From Bacteroidales bacterium (GTDB taxonomy: Bacteria > Bacteroidota > Bacteroidia > Bacteroidales > UBA3663), in contig JAZQOF010000047.1 in assembly GCA_045627785.1 (NCBI GenBank), positions 50,199 through 114,198 on the forward strand: 64,000 nt of DNA, written 5' to 3'. The notes beneath the pieces are model-generated. The model saw nothing but the letters and a program-made list of their open reading frames with translations, searched no databases and was not told the DNA's origin. Of the stretch, positions 43,434-53,991 are shown one piece after another (the first letter of the stretch is position 1; every line of letters begins with the position of its first letter). The position numbers and the translations under genes were made by a program.

Positions 43434-45761
43434 ATGAAACACAATCTATTTATGACAATCGGTATGGCCGTAACTATGTCGGCGTGTACCGTAGCACCAA
43501 AGAGCATCGACCAGCAAGTGGATGAGATCTTTGCCAAGATGACTCAGGAGGAATGTGTGGCTCAGCTGCACGGTACCTATCTGGAGGTGTTCTTCGACGA
43601 GAACAATAAACTCATACCGGAGAAATGTGAGGAACTGATACCAAACGGAGCAGGTCACTTCTCGCAGTTCTGTATGAATACCGACAAGACGCCTGACGAG
43701 CTGCGCGACATGGTGATGCAGATGCAGGCATGGCTGAAGGAGAATACTCCTAACGGAATCCCAGCACTCTTCCACGAAGAGGTGCTGAGCGGTGTCAACA
43801 GCGCTTATGCGACTATCTATCCGCAGCAGATCGGCTTGGCTGGTTCGTTCAACCCGGCTTTGGCTGAGCAGAAGACATACGAGACAGCTACAGGTCTCCG
43901 CAAGATGGGTGGCTTCATGGCACTCTCGCCAATGGTCGATGTAGTGCGTAATCCGTCGTTCAACCGTCTTGAGGAGTCATACGGCGAGGATGGTTATCTC
44001 TCGGCTGTTATGGGCGTAGCCTTCGTAAAGGGTTTGCAGCATGGCGATCTGCGTGAAGGTGTAGCAGCTACTACCAAGCATTTCCTTGGTTACGGTGGTG
44101 GCGGTGACGCTACTGATAAGGAGTTGATGGAGGAAATCCTCATGCCACATGAGGCAATAGTGCGTTTGGCAGACAGCCATTCGCTCATGCCTGGTTACCA
44201 TGCTATGGCTCGCGATGGCATCAAGTGTGTGGCCAACGAAGGTATCCTTCAGGGCGTACTTCGCGACTATCTGAAGTTCGACGGTATCGTAGTGAGCGAC
44301 TACGGTGCAGTAGAGCAGATTGATGATAATATGACCGACATACAGCGTGCAGCTGCCGCTATCAATGCCGGCAACGACGTGGATTTCCCACAGGGCAACA
44401 GCTACAAGTACCTGCCTCAGGCAATCGAGCAGGGTCTCGTGTCGAAGGAGGTGTTTGACAGAGCCGTGAAGCGCGTATTGAAGTTCAAGGCGCTCCTTGG
44501 CTTGTTCGACGAGAACGTGCCTCTTTACTCTACAGAGCACATCGAGCTCGACAGCGAGGCAGAGCGTAATACTGCCTATCAGCTTGCTTCACAGTCGGTG
44601 GTTCTGCTCAAGAACGACGGCGTGTTGCCACTCAAGGGCGAGAATAGGAATGTTGCCCTTGTAGGTCCTAATGCCAACTCAATGTGGGCAATGTGCGGTG
44701 ACTATAGCTACCCAGCTATGCGTTATTTCTGGAAGTCGTCAATCGAGGATGGCAGCCGTCCGCACGTCGTAGGTCTCAAGGAAGGTTTGGAGAACAACAA
44801 GCCAGAGAGTTTTGCTGTGAACTACAGCCGTGGCTGTGACTGGACAGAAGAGGTCGAGACAGTAGTAGATCAGAGTGGTGACCCACGTACCGCTTACCTA
44901 TATTATATTCAGAACCGCAAGGTGGATAGCGGAGAAGAGGCAAACTGGAATGAGGCTCTCAAGATGGCAGCACAGAACGATGTCATCGTGGCAGCTGTGG
45001 GAGAGAACGTGATGCTCTGCGGTGAGAACCGTGACCGCAAGCACTTGCGTCTGCCTGGTCGTCAGGAAGAGTTCGTGCGTGCTTTGATCGCTACAGGCAA
45101 GCCGGTTGTAATGGTAGTGTTCGGTGGTCGTGCTCAGGTATTGGGAGATCTTGCCGATAAGTGTGCTGCTGTGATCCAGGCATGGTATCCGGGCGAGGAA
45201 GGTGGTAATGCTCTTGCCGACATCCTCTATGGTAAGGTTTCTCCTTCGGGCAAGCTTAGCGTAACATATCCAGCTGTTGAGCTTCACGAACAGATCTGCT
45301 ACAACTATGGGTTGGACGGAGATCCACGCGTAGCTTTCCCATTCGGCTATGGTTTGACATACACTACATTCGAGTATAGCAACCTTCAGATTGAGAGCAA
45401 CGTCGCAACCAATGCCGATCGTTTCAACGTGAGCGTTGAGGTGAAGAACACAGGCGATGTGGCTGCTACAGAAATCGTAGAGCTCTATGTTTCGCCTATC
45501 GAACGTAGTGCCAAGCTCAAGCCAATCCAGCTTCAGGGCTTCAAGCGCGTGACTCTTGAACCAGGTCAGAGCGAAACAGTAACTCTCGCAGTATCTCCAC
45601 AGCAGCTCGGCTACTTTGTCAACGGACATTGGGCAATCGACCCAGGTCGTTACATGATCAAGCTCGGAGCTTCATCACAGGACATCCGTCAGGAAGGTGA
45701 GGTCGTGCTCACAGGCGAAACCTGCGAGATGGATCTCAGAACTGCATATTTTGCTGAATAA
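43434..45761 (+). CDS. glycoside hydrolase family 3 (beta-glucosidase/xylosidase-like) lipoprotein
   Basis: Lipobox TMSAC. It has KHFLGYGGGGD, GIVVSDYGA (nucleophile-region motif) and a C-terminal Fn3-like domain. Confidence 0.85.
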   Translation: MKHNLFMTIGMAVTMSACTVAPKSIDQQVDEIFAKMTQEECVAQLHGTYLEVFFDENNKLIPEKCEELIPNGAGHFSQFCMNTDKTPDELRDMVMQMQAWLKENTPNGIPALFHEEVLSGVNSAYATIYPQQIGLAGSFNPALAEQKTYETATGLRKMGGFMALSPMVDVVRNPSFNRLEESYGEDGYLSAVMGVAFVKGLQHGDLREGVAATTKHFLGYGGGGDATDKELMEEILMPHEAIVRLADSHSLMPGYHAMARDGIKCVANEGILQGVLRDYLKFDGIVVSDYGAVEQIDDNMTDIQRAAAAINAGNDVDFPQGNSYKYLPQAIEQGLVSKEVFDRAVKRVLKFKALLGLFDENVPLYSTEHIELDSEAERNTAYQLASQSVVLLKNDGVLPLKGENRNVALVGPNANSMWAMCGDYSYPAMRYFWKSSIEDGSRPHVVGLKEGLENNKPESFAVNYSRGCDWTEEVETVVDQSGDPRTAYLYYIQNRKVDSGEEANWNEALKMAAQNDVIVAAVGENVMLCGENRDRKHLRLPGRQEEFVRALIATGKPVVMVVFGGRAQVLGDLADKCAAVIQAWYPGEEGGNALADILYGKVSPSGKLSVTYPAVELHEQICYNYGLDGDPRVAFPFGYGLTYTTFEYSNLQIESNVATNADRFNVSVEVKNTGDVAATEIVELYVSPIERSAKLKPIQLQGFKRVTLEPGQSETVTLAVSPQQLGYFVNGHWAIDPGRYMIKLGASSQDIRQEGEVVLTGETCEMDLRTAYFAE

Positions 45762-45800
45762 GACAAAATCATATAACATTGCCAATAAATAATAAACGTC

Positions 45801-48386
45801 ATGAAAAAGTCTTTTATTGCCAGTTGTGGTGCCCTGCTGTTGTCGGCTGTGGCACTTCAGGCAAACGCTCAGTCATTGAAGCTCAATGACCTTGAGTATT
45901 TCGAAGAGAGAGGTGTAAACCTGCTAGTCTACAGTAATCTCTACAACGGTGGATTCTGCGATGAGAAACTTGCAGGTCTTGAGATCGTTCAGCGTGGCGA
46001 ACGTATCGCTACTGGTGGTGGTGTACGTTTCATGAACACACCAGAGCAGTGGGATATCTACGCTATGATGACCGGTCGTACCGTGAATCGCGAACAGAAC
46101 TATATCGAGGTCGATCTCAATTATGAGAATTATGACTTCGCATATAAGCTCCGCGTAACTCCAAAGGACAAGGGTGCACTTGTTCAGATCTATCTCGACA
46201 AGCCAGTTCCTGAGAATCTTGTGGGAAAGGCAGGTATGAACCTTGAGTTCTTCCCGGCATCCTATTTCGGAAAGAACTACCTCTGCGATGGAGCAGCACG
46301 CATCCTTCCAAAGTATCCGCAGCACGATACCGAGGTACATCCTGTATCAGAGAAGATCACTCAGTATTTCGGAGAGTCAACTTTCGACGATCGCGGTCGT
46401 GGAGAGTTCCTTGTACCTCTCGCACTTTCTACCGGTAAGCAGATCGTGCTTGCTCCGGAAGACGATGACCTTTGCGTGAGCATCAAGTCGGATACAGACA
46501 TCAGCATCTACGACGGTCGTCTTCTTGCACAGAACGGTACATTCGTCGTTCGTTCGCTTCTCCCTGCCGACAAGACAGGCAAGGTGCTCGAATGGTACCT
46601 TGAGCCAAAGGTTGACGAGAACTGGATACGCAAGCCGAATATCGGTTTCCAGCAGATCGGCTATACTCCAGCACAGAAGAAGGTGTCGGTAGTCGAGATC
46701 GACAAGAACGACAATATTCCTGCAACAGCCAGCATTCTGCGTGTGAACCCTGACGGCAGCAAGACGGTTGCCGCTACTCCAGCGGTTACTCCATGGGGTG
46801 TTTACAACAACCGCTACACTTATGCCAGGATCGATTTCTCGGATGTCACCGAGCCAGGTCTTTATATGATCGAATATAATGGAGTCAAGACTAATGCCTT
46901 CCCGATCGACAAGAACGTGTATAGCGACAAGTGGCATGCCTCGATGGATGTGTCGCTCGTAGTTGCAATGGATCACATGATGGTCAACGAAGGCTATCGC
47001 GTATGGCATGGCGCTGCTAACATGGACGATGCTATCATGGCACCTGCAAACATCAGCATTCACGACGGTTACCGTCAGGGTCCTGAGAACTTCACAAAGT
47101 ACAAGCCGCTTGAGCATGTGCCAGGTCTTGCAATCGGTGGATGGTATGATGCCGGTGACTTTGATATCCAGCAGAACTCGGTAGTCACAACAACTGTCGA
47201 TCTCGCTTCTCTCTGGCGTATGTTCCGTCCGGAGCGAGACATGACCTATATCGACGAGGAAACAAAGTATGCCGATATTCATCGTCCAGACGGTCTTCCT
47301 GATGTAGTTCAGCAGATCATGCACGGTACTCTCAATATCAACGCACAGATTGAGGCTCTCGGCTTCGTTTCAGGTAATGTCGGTCAGCCGCAGATGCACC
47401 AGTATCACCATCTCGGCGATGCTCTCACACTCACCGACGGTCTCATCTACGACCCATCACTCAAGCCATACGAGGTTTCTGCCGACGGTAAGCGCAGCGG
47501 TACATACGACGATCGTATCCTCTTGACACGTAAGCCAACAGGACGCAGCGTGTCAAACTCTATCGTGGCACTTGCTTCGGCATATCCTGCACTTAAGGAG
47601 TTCTTCCCAGAAGAGGCGGAGCGCTCGCTCAAGAATGCTCTGATGCTTTGGGATAAGTACTCGGAGGTCGAGGATGACAATGCAAATGCCCGTGGCTGGT
47701 GGGGTGCTGACAACCGTAGCAATGCAGCTATCGAGCTTTATTATGCTACAGGCGAAGCTCGTTTCAAGGATTACTTCATGCCGAAGGTAATTGCACAGCT
47801 CGATCCAAAGGCACAGGAGAAGACACATCCGCTTTGGAGTGGTGGCGCAGCTCCTTTCTTCAATCTCTCAAACGCACTTCGCGTATATGATCTTCTCGAC
47901 AAGAAGACAAAGAAGAAGATTGAAACTATGATTCCTCAGTATGTTGAGACACTCTCGAAGGTTGGTTCGGATAACCCGTACAACGTGACTATTCAGGGTG
48001 CAGGTTGGGCAGGTAACACACAGGTTATGAGCAATGCCTTCAACCTCTATCTCATCTGGAAGCAGTTCCCTGAGCAGGTTGATCCGGAACTCGTATTCCG
48101 TGGTCTCAACTTCATCTACGGCTGTCATCCTTATACTAATGTCTCGTTCATCAACGACGTCGGTGTAAACACAAAGAAGGTGGCATACGGCAACAACCGC
48201 GCCGACTATACAACAATCGCCGGTGGTGTCGTTCCTGGACTTTTGGTCAAGAACCCTGACTTCCTTGAGAATAAGGATGACTATCCGTTCCTCTGGGGTG
48301 AGAACGAATGCTGTGTCAACTCTCTTGCAAACTACGTGATGCTTAACCTTGCATGCGACGAACTTGCAAAGCTGATCAATAAATAA
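45801..48386 (+). CDS. glycoside hydrolase family 9 with N-terminal Ig-like domain
   Basis: It has a signal peptide. The GGWYDAGDFDIQ signature is typical of GH9, with an (alpha/alpha)6-like C-terminal half. Confidence 0.8.
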   Translation: MKKSFIASCGALLLSAVALQANAQSLKLNDLEYFEERGVNLLVYSNLYNGGFCDEKLAGLEIVQRGERIATGGGVRFMNTPEQWDIYAMMTGRTVNREQNYIEVDLNYENYDFAYKLRVTPKDKGALVQIYLDKPVPENLVGKAGMNLEFFPASYFGKNYLCDGAARILPKYPQHDTEVHPVSEKITQYFGESTFDDRGRGEFLVPLALSTGKQIVLAPEDDDLCVSIKSDTDISIYDGRLLAQNGTFVVRSLLPADKTGKVLEWYLEPKVDENWIRKPNIGFQQIGYTPAQKKVSVVEIDKNDNIPATASILRVNPDGSKTVAATPAVTPWGVYNNRYTYARIDFSDVTEPGLYMIEYNGVKTNAFPIDKNVYSDKWHASMDVSLVVAMDHMMVNEGYRVWHGAANMDDAIMAPANISIHDGYRQGPENFTKYKPLEHVPGLAIGGWYDAGDFDIQQNSVVTTTVDLASLWRMFRPERDMTYIDEETKYADIHRPDGLPDVVQQIMHGTLNINAQIEALGFVSGNVGQPQMHQYHHLGDALTLTDGLIYDPSLKPYEVSADGKRSGTYDDRILLTRKPTGRSVSNSIVALASAYPALKEFFPEEAERSLKNALMLWDKYSEVEDDNANARGWWGADNRSNAAIELYYATGEARFKDYFMPKVIAQLDPKAQEKTHPLWSGGAAPFFNLSNALRVYDLLDKKTKKKIETMIPQYVETLSKVGSDNPYNVTIQGAGWAGNTQVMSNAFNLYLIWKQFPEQVDPELVFRGLNFIYGCHPYTNVSFINDVGVNTKKVAYGNNRADYTTIAGGVVPGLLVKNPDFLENKDDYPFLWGENECCVNSLANYVMLNLACDELAKLINK

Positions 48387-48405
48387 TTGGGGGAAGCCCA
48401 ACAAA

Positions 48406-48442
48406 AAAGACCGTGTCAAATAAACTTGGCACGGTCTTTCTT
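48406..48442. terminator. bidirectional hairpin between convergent GH9 and lactonase genes
   Basis: aaagaccgtg / cacggtcttt forms a perfect 10-bp stem with a 14-nt loop. Confidence 0.6.
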
Positions 48443-48468
48443 ATGAAAACTGAAAACTTGGTTGACGT

Positions 48469-49587
48469 TTACTTGATGAACTGAACGCAAACTGGTTTGC
48501 TCAATTCGATTGCATTGCCCGTATCGGTCAAAAGACCAGTCTCGGCATCGCGTGAGAAGATCTGTACGACATTGGAGTCGCGGCATGCTACAAGAATGAA
48601 CTTGCCGTTGGATGTGATTGCGAAGTTGCGGGGATGAATGCCTGTATTCTGATATCCGACTCTCTCGATTGTACCATCGACAGGGTTGATCTTGAAGATT
48701 GAGATACCGTCGCCCTTGAGACGATGTGAAGCATAGACAAACTTGCCATCAGGTGAGACATGGATATCGGCGCTGCCTCCGCCATTGAGCGTGTCGGCTT
48801 TGGTAACCTGTATCATCTGATAATGACATCCGCCGCAGCATGGGTTCTCTTCATATCCGATAGTGATGATATCGCCAGAGAGTTCTCCGAGCAGATATGC
48901 TACATTGGCAGTAGGACTGAAGCAGAGGTGACGAGGACCTACACCACCGAGAATCTGAAGATCCTTCATCTTAGACACGTCGAGAGGACCTTTGGCAGGG
49001 AAGATATGAATGCGATCGGTGCCGAGGTCGTTGGCAAGGAGATATTCGCCGTCGGGAGTGAAGTTGACAGCGTGAAGATAAGGATGTGTCTGACGGATAG
49101 TATCGACGCTGCTTCCCTCGAATTCAATTGAACGGGCAGGGCCGAGAGTGCCATCGGACATGATGGCATACTCGTCGATGTTGCCACCGAAGTAGTTGCT
49201 TGTATATGCCCATCGGCCATCAAGGCTTGTGATGATGTTACATGGAGCATCACCTGGGTTCGGCTGAGTGTTGAGCAAGGTAAGTGTGCCTGAGACCTTA
49301 TCGAATTTGATCGAATTGGCTGTAGGTGTGTCTGGTGCTACATCTTCGCCTACTGCATAAACGAAGTTGCCATCGGCACTTGGATATACGAACGAAGGGT
49401 TGGAGATTCCCGTCATACCGCTGACGTAGGAGAAACTTCCTGTCTCTTCGTCAAATGTATAAACCTTGATTCCCTCTTCATCAGTTGATGCGTAGCTGCC
49501 GATGAGAAGGTATTGTGGTGTAGATTCTTTGGTACACGATGCCAAAGCAATTGCTGACATAGTGATTATTGTCTGTAATTTGTGCAT
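48469..49587 (-). CDS. lactonase-family beta-propeller lipoprotein (6-phosphogluconolactonase-like)
   Basis: Lipobox ALASC. The repeated blade pattern and the motifs HPYLHAVNFTPDGEYL, GPRHLCFSP and GIHPRNFAITSNGKF are typical of the Lactonase family. Confidence 0.7.
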   Translation of the reverse strand: MHKLQTIITMSAIALASCTKESTPQYLLIGSYASTDEEGIKVYTFDEETGSFSYVSGMTGISNPSFVYPSADGNFVYAVGEDVAPDTPTANSIKFDKVSGTLTLLNTQPNPGDAPCNIITSLDGRWAYTSNYFGGNIDEYAIMSDGTLGPARSIEFEGSSVDTIRQTHPYLHAVNFTPDGEYLLANDLGTDRIHIFPAKGPLDVSKMKDLQILGGVGPRHLCFSPTANVAYLLGELSGDIITIGYEENPCCGGCHYQMIQVTKADTLNGGGSADIHVSPDGKFVYASHRLKGDGISIFKINPVDGTIERVGYQNTGIHPRNFAITSNGKFILVACRDSNVVQIFSRDAETGLLTDTGNAIELSKPVCVQFIK

Positions 49588-49663
49588 TTTAAGTTGTGGG
49601 CGTTTAATATCGGCAAAGGTAATGAAATTTAATATAGGGTGAATAAATATTTATGAAAAAATG

Positions 49664-49702
49664 AAGAAAAAACCACAAATTGCTTTATCGTGCAATTTGT
49701 GA
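49664..49702 (-). terminator. rho-independent terminator
   Basis: On the minus strand, cacaaattgc-acgataaa-gcaatttgtgg is followed by a T-run. Confidence 0.65.
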
Positions 49703-49708
49703 TCAGTA

Positions 49709-50881
49709 TTATTTAACTTTGACGTTATTATATTTGGCGTTGAAACACATTGTGATAGACGGGTTGATCTCTTTCTTGCCAGCGAGATAGTTGTCGATAC
49801 GCTTGACCATCTTGGTGTCTTTTTCTTTCTTTGTTCTCACGTCGTTGGCAGTCTTCCTTAGCATTTCTTCGAAATTCGATTGCTTTGGCTTCATCAAGAC
49901 GCTGATCGGAAGATATACTCCATGTCCGAAGTCGCGGCACTCGACACGGATCTCGTTGATAACGGTTTGCTGTTCGATTCGTTGGATGCACCACTCGTCT
50001 TCGACTATATATATTGTACAGGTTTCAACAGCATTGGCTTCTTCATACTTCTTGACGCGCTTCAACACATCGAGCACCTTGTCATCTTCCTCTACTGTAC
50101 CAATAAACTCGTAGCCGTCTTTCTTCATTTGTTTTGGCGATTTGTCCTTCATTATGTACATAGGGTAATCCAGGAAATTAGCTTTGGCGAAATTCTTGTT
50201 CAGCTCATCGCGTGCCTTATCCGGCCATGAAGGAGCGCCGGAAATCATTTTGCTCTTCCTGTTGCTGATGTCGCCTCGTTCGTAGTGATTGCCCGCCTCA
50301 AAACTACCGTCAACGTTCTCGTTGCTGAAGCAGAACTCTACAATATTGCCATATCCGGCAGCTTTGAAGATCATACGGAACAACCAGAGTTGTGTCTTGG
50401 ACAACACAGCTGGGATGAAGTCAAAGTCCTGCGAGTGTACATCGATATCGGCTTCGACATCGTATGACGCACGTTTCTTGATATTCTTATAATGTTCGAT
50501 TACTTTTTTAGTAATATATATAACGGGATCCTCGTTGTTAGGGGTGATGAAGACTTCGGCAAGGCGTATCGGTTGCTCCTCGAAGCGTAAATCCTGCTTC
50601 AAGGTCTTACCTTTCTCAAAAGTGATTTTCTTTCGTTCTGTCTTATAACCGATGTAGTTGAATTCAACCGTCCATTTGCCGGCAGGTATTTCGTCAAGCT
50701 TGTAATGACCATCCTGATCGGACATGGTTCCTTGTCGGAGTTCCGGTAAATATATAGTGGCAAACTGCGCAACAACGCTGTCGCTAAGTGATAGAGTACC
50801 TTCAAGCACTTGTGCCGACACAGGAGTAGCAAACAGTATTGCGAACAACGAAAGAACTGCCAATCTTAACCACTTATTCAT
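49709..50881 (-). CDS. carboxypeptidase-regulatory-like domain protein (secreted)
   Basis: The ATG at 50881 gives the signal peptide MNKWLRLAVLSLFAILFATPVSAQ. The N-terminal CarboxypepD_reg-like strand pattern is GTMSDQDGHYKLDEIPAGKWTVEFNYIGY. The longer track ORF runs through tRNA-Leu. Confidence 0.65.
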   Translation of the reverse strand: MNKWLRLAVLSLFAILFATPVSAQVLEGTLSLSDSVVAQFATIYLPELRQGTMSDQDGHYKLDEIPAGKWTVEFNYIGYKTERKKITFEKGKTLKQDLRFEEQPIRLAEVFITPNNEDPVIYITKKVIEHYKNIKKRASYDVEADIDVHSQDFDFIPAVLSKTQLWLFRMIFKAAGYGNIVEFCFSNENVDGSFEAGNHYERGDISNRKSKMISGAPSWPDKARDELNKNFAKANFLDYPMYIMKDKSPKQMKKDGYEFIGTVEEDDKVLDVLKRVKKYEEANAVETCTIYIVEDEWCIQRIEQQTVINEIRVECRDFGHGVYLPISVLMKPKQSNFEEMLRKTANDVRTKKEKDTKMVKRIDNYLAGKKEINPSITMCFNAKYNNVKVK

Positions 50882-50912
50882 AAATAATACAGTATTTTTG
50901 TTCCATGAATTG

Positions 50913-50955
50913 AAAGAAAAAATCGCAAATTGTCTATTGTCAACAACTTGCGATT
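50913..50955 (-). terminator. terminator of tRNA-Leu
   Basis: On the minus strand, an aatcgcaa...ttgcgatt stem is followed by ttttttc. Confidence 0.55.
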
Positions 50956-50963
50956 TTAAAAAG

Positions 50964-51045
50964 TGCCCGAGATCGGACTCGAACCGACACGGCATGCACC
51001 ATACGCACCTGAAACGTACGCGTCTACCAATTTCGCCACCCGGGC
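50964..51045 (-). tRNA. tRNA-Leu (anticodon CAG)
   Basis: An 82-nt type-II tRNA with acceptor GCCCGGG/CTCGGGC, anticodon loop TTCAGGT, a long variable arm and T-loop TTCGAGT. Confidence 0.88.
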
Positions 51046-51174
51046 ATGGATGCGTTTCAGTCGAAAACAACTTAGAGCGTGCATGCGTCTCTAAATTGCG
51101 GGTGCAAAGATATAGAAATAAATCTTTACTTCCAAGAAAAAACCGCGAATTTTGCGATTTTTATCTCAAATATC

Positions 51175-51912
51175 CTACAACGGATATATATTGCCCATCA
51201 CATGAGGGAGTTGTTTCCTCCACCAAGGCCAGTCGTGGTCGCTGTCGTAACCCCAATAGTCGAACCATGCAGGGATGCCGCGTGACTTGAGGATTGTATC
51301 CATCTCGCGTGTTGATGCCAGAGTGACATCTTCCCAACGACCTTGACCAATGGTGAAGATTATGCGGCGTCGGCGATATAGATCCATGTAGTAGTGATCG
51401 TCAGGCATATTGCGCAGGAAATCCTGTGGTGAGTTGGCATAGGTGAGATCATCGCTGTAGTACGGGAAGCTGTCACGAGTGTGATAGAGACCTGACATTG
51501 CTATGAGTGTGTCGTAGAGATCCGGACGGCGGAAGAAGAAGATAGAAGCATGGAGAGCTCCCATCGAACAACCAGTCACCATGAATGTCTCGTCATTCCA
51601 ATAGCGGATGTTAGGCATGAGTTCATCGGTGATATAGTGGAAATAACGTTCTTGCTGTTCAATACGCCAACGGCAATCGCCACCCATATTCGACCATGTC
51701 TCCCAATCGATGCCATCGACACAAATCACCCTGATACGACCTGATTCGATCCAAGGAGTGAGTTCGTGTATCATTCCACGTTCGGCGTAGTCAAAGAATC
51801 GTCCGTCCTGAGAAGGGAAGACGATAACACCATGACCGCGGTCACCGAACACTTTATACTCCATGTCGCGACTCAGGTTCTGGCTATACCATTTATAATA
51901 TTGTACGTTCAC
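51175..51912 (-). CDS. esterase-family alpha/beta hydrolase (GTG start)
   Basis: GCSMGA nucleophile elbow. The only in-frame start after the upstream stop is the GTG at 51912, and the N-terminus YYKWYSQNLSRDMEYKVFG is conserved in the putative-esterase family. Confidence 0.75.
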   Translation of the reverse strand: MNVQYYKWYSQNLSRDMEYKVFGDRGHGVIVFPSQDGRFFDYAERGMIHELTPWIESGRIRVICVDGIDWETWSNMGGDCRWRIEQQERYFHYITDELMPNIRYWNDETFMVTGCSMGALHASIFFFRRPDLYDTLIAMSGLYHTRDSFPYYSDDLTYANSPQDFLRNMPDDHYYMDLYRRRRIIFTIGQGRWEDVTLASTREMDTILKSRGIPAWFDYWGYDSDHDWPWWRKQLPHVMGNIYPL

Positions 51913-51954
51913 GATGTCAAATTATAAATTAAAAGTTAAAAATTAGGAGATAGG

Positions 51955-53151
51955 TCAGATTCGATCGTAGATATCAGAGATAAACTGATTCTTCTCTTCC
52001 TCTGTGCGGAAGCGAGCGATGTATGACTGATTACCCATTGCTCCGGAAAGAGCATCTGGCACACGATCCCACTGCTTGAGAGCGTCCTTGTATTTGTCCA
52101 TCATCTGCTGGTGATCGAGACGATACTTGACACCATCGCGACGGCCGGCGAATACACAATAGTAATCGTCGTGTGGATCTGGTGTAGTACGATGGTCGAA
52201 GGCTACCATATCTGCCCAGATCTTATAGACATCGACAGAGTGTGCGTAGTTGAGCATATCTGGTGTGAAACCACCGCCTGGACGCATGTTCACTTCGAGT
52301 GCTACAAAGTCGCCGACATTACCAAGACCACGATGTGCACGATCGAGCTGGAAGAATTCGAGGTGAACGAAACGGCTCTTCACACCAAATGCCTTGACAG
52401 TCTGGCGTCCCCAGTAACGGAGGTTCTCGTTCATATCCTTCTCAACATGATAGATTGAGTCGAGGTTGTATTTCACAATGTCGGCAATTGATGGAGGACA
52501 GATGCTCCATGACTCGAAGATCGGATTGCCGTTTGAGTCGATGATCGCATCATAGTCACAGATGTTACCTGTAACATATTCCTCAATCACATAGTCGCTT
52601 ATCTCATTATTATTGATGAAGAAAGAATCGAGTTCCTTCTCATTATTGATCTTACATGTACCGTTGGCACCAACGCCTACATCAGGCTTGGCGAATAGCG
52701 GAAATCCTGCTTCCTCGGCAAAGTGACGGGCAGCAGAAAGACCTTTGGAAGCCTTGATCTGTCGAGCTGTGCGGATGTTGCCGTCGGCATAGTATTTCTT
52801 CATTTCCGACTTGTTCTTGATCATTCCGATCTGATCGAGCTTGATACCTGTGCTGATGTTGAAGTCGGTGCGGAGGCGAGCATCCTGTTCGAGCCAGAAT
52901 TCATTGTTCGACTCGAGCCAGTCGATTCGACCATACTGCCAGGTAAACTTGGCGCATCCTCTGTAAACCTCGTCGTAATTGAGGAGATTCGACACTTTGT
53001 AATAATCGGTTAGCGCGTTTTTTAGATTGGTAGATAGCTCGTCGTAAGGAGCATCACCGATACCGAGAACACGTACACCATTATTCTTGAGTGCTGAACA
53101 AAATTTCCATGCTGCATCAGGAAAGTTTGGGGAGATATAAACGAAGTTCAT
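51955..53151 (-). CDS. ATP-grasp domain protein (carboxylate-amine ligase-like)
   Basis: The central ATP-grasp pattern is KPDVGVGANG, EEYVTG and HLEFFQ...ALEVNMRPGGG. Confidence 0.75.
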   Translation of the reverse strand: MNFVYISPNFPDAAWKFCSALKNNGVRVLGIGDAPYDELSTNLKNALTDYYKVSNLLNYDEVYRGCAKFTWQYGRIDWLESNNEFWLEQDARLRTDFNISTGIKLDQIGMIKNKSEMKKYYADGNIRTARQIKASKGLSAARHFAEEAGFPLFAKPDVGVGANGTCKINNEKELDSFFINNNEISDYVIEEYVTGNICDYDAIIDSNGNPIFESWSICPPSIADIVKYNLDSIYHVEKDMNENLRYWGRQTVKAFGVKSRFVHLEFFQLDRAHRGLGNVGDFVALEVNMRPGGGFTPDMLNYAHSVDVYKIWADMVAFDHRTTPDPHDDYYCVFAGRRDGVKYRLDHQQMMDKYKDALKQWDRVPDALSGAMGNQSYIARFRTEEEKNQFISDIYDRI

Positions 53152-53168
53152 AATATTTTTGGATTTAT

Positions 53169-53912
53169 TTATCTAGTGGTTGATATAATCTTTCTTTCGC
53201 CATCGTTGCATATCTTGCGCAGACGACCATTGTGCATCTTGAAGGCAAGGCCGCGAAGCTCTGTACGCTGAGATGTGATGTGGAAATACGATCCGTCGTG
53301 GAGACAATAAACAGGATGTTCGAAGCTGTCTCTTGCAACGATGTTACGCACCAAAGGCATACCATCGACCTTGGCTTTGCTCAACTCCTGGAAATGTGGC
53401 AGGATATTGATGTCGGTAAGACCAAGTCCTTGGAAATGACGTTTGTATTTCTTGTCGATAGCTTCGCCATCATACTCTGGTGAGGAATAGACACGTTCGG
53501 CGCAGTTCATCGAACCTGCACTTATGGTGAGAAGTGTTCCCTTGAATTTCCTGATGCGTTGGCGTAGTTTTATGTCTTTGAAGAAAGCATATTCTGTAGG
53601 TACATGTCCACCGCAGAGGATGATGAAATTTGCATCGGAGATCATTCGCTCAGCTTCATCCTCGGTACGACGGTCGAGTACCTCGAAATGGTCGAAAGGA
53701 CGTTCGGCGTTCTCGAAACACTCGCGAATCTCCCATGCCATACGGTCGGTGATCGTCTGGTCGTCGGGAAAGGAAGTGATCATGAGGCAGCGCAGCGGGT
53801 GAGGTAGGGTTGCACATAGCTCTTCGGCTAATCCGTTCGCTGGATGAAGAGCTCCCGCCCAACCTAAAGTGTGGCTGCTTGTCAAGTATAATGTAATGTT
53901 GTCTGATAGCAT
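53169..53912 (-). CDS. peptidase S51 (dipeptidase E / cyanophycinase family, type-1 GATase-like fold)
   Basis: TISAGSMN nucleophile elbow, ILCGGH and NILPHF His motif. Confidence 0.7.
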   Translation of the reverse strand: MLSDNITLYLTSSHTLGWAGALHPANGLAEELCATLPHPLRCLMITSFPDDQTITDRMAWEIRECFENAERPFDHFEVLDRRTEDEAERMISDANFIILCGGHVPTEYAFFKDIKLRQRIRKFKGTLLTISAGSMNCAERVYSSPEYDGEAIDKKYKRHFQGLGLTDINILPHFQELSKAKVDGMPLVRNIVARDSFEHPVYCLHDGSYFHITSQRTELRGLAFKMHNGRLRKICNDGERKIISTTR

Positions 53913-53991
53913 AATAGCACAAAGTTACAGTTTTTTTTAATTTTATTCAAAATTAGAGATGTATTTTTTTGAATAGTTGGTCAAATTGTTT

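Noticed and set aside
49709-51070. The 453-aa track ORF extending upstream to 51070.
   Set aside because: Its first 63 codons run through the tRNA-Leu gene (50964..51045) and its terminator. The ATG at 50881 yields a clean signal peptide, so the CDS was trimmed to 49709..50881.
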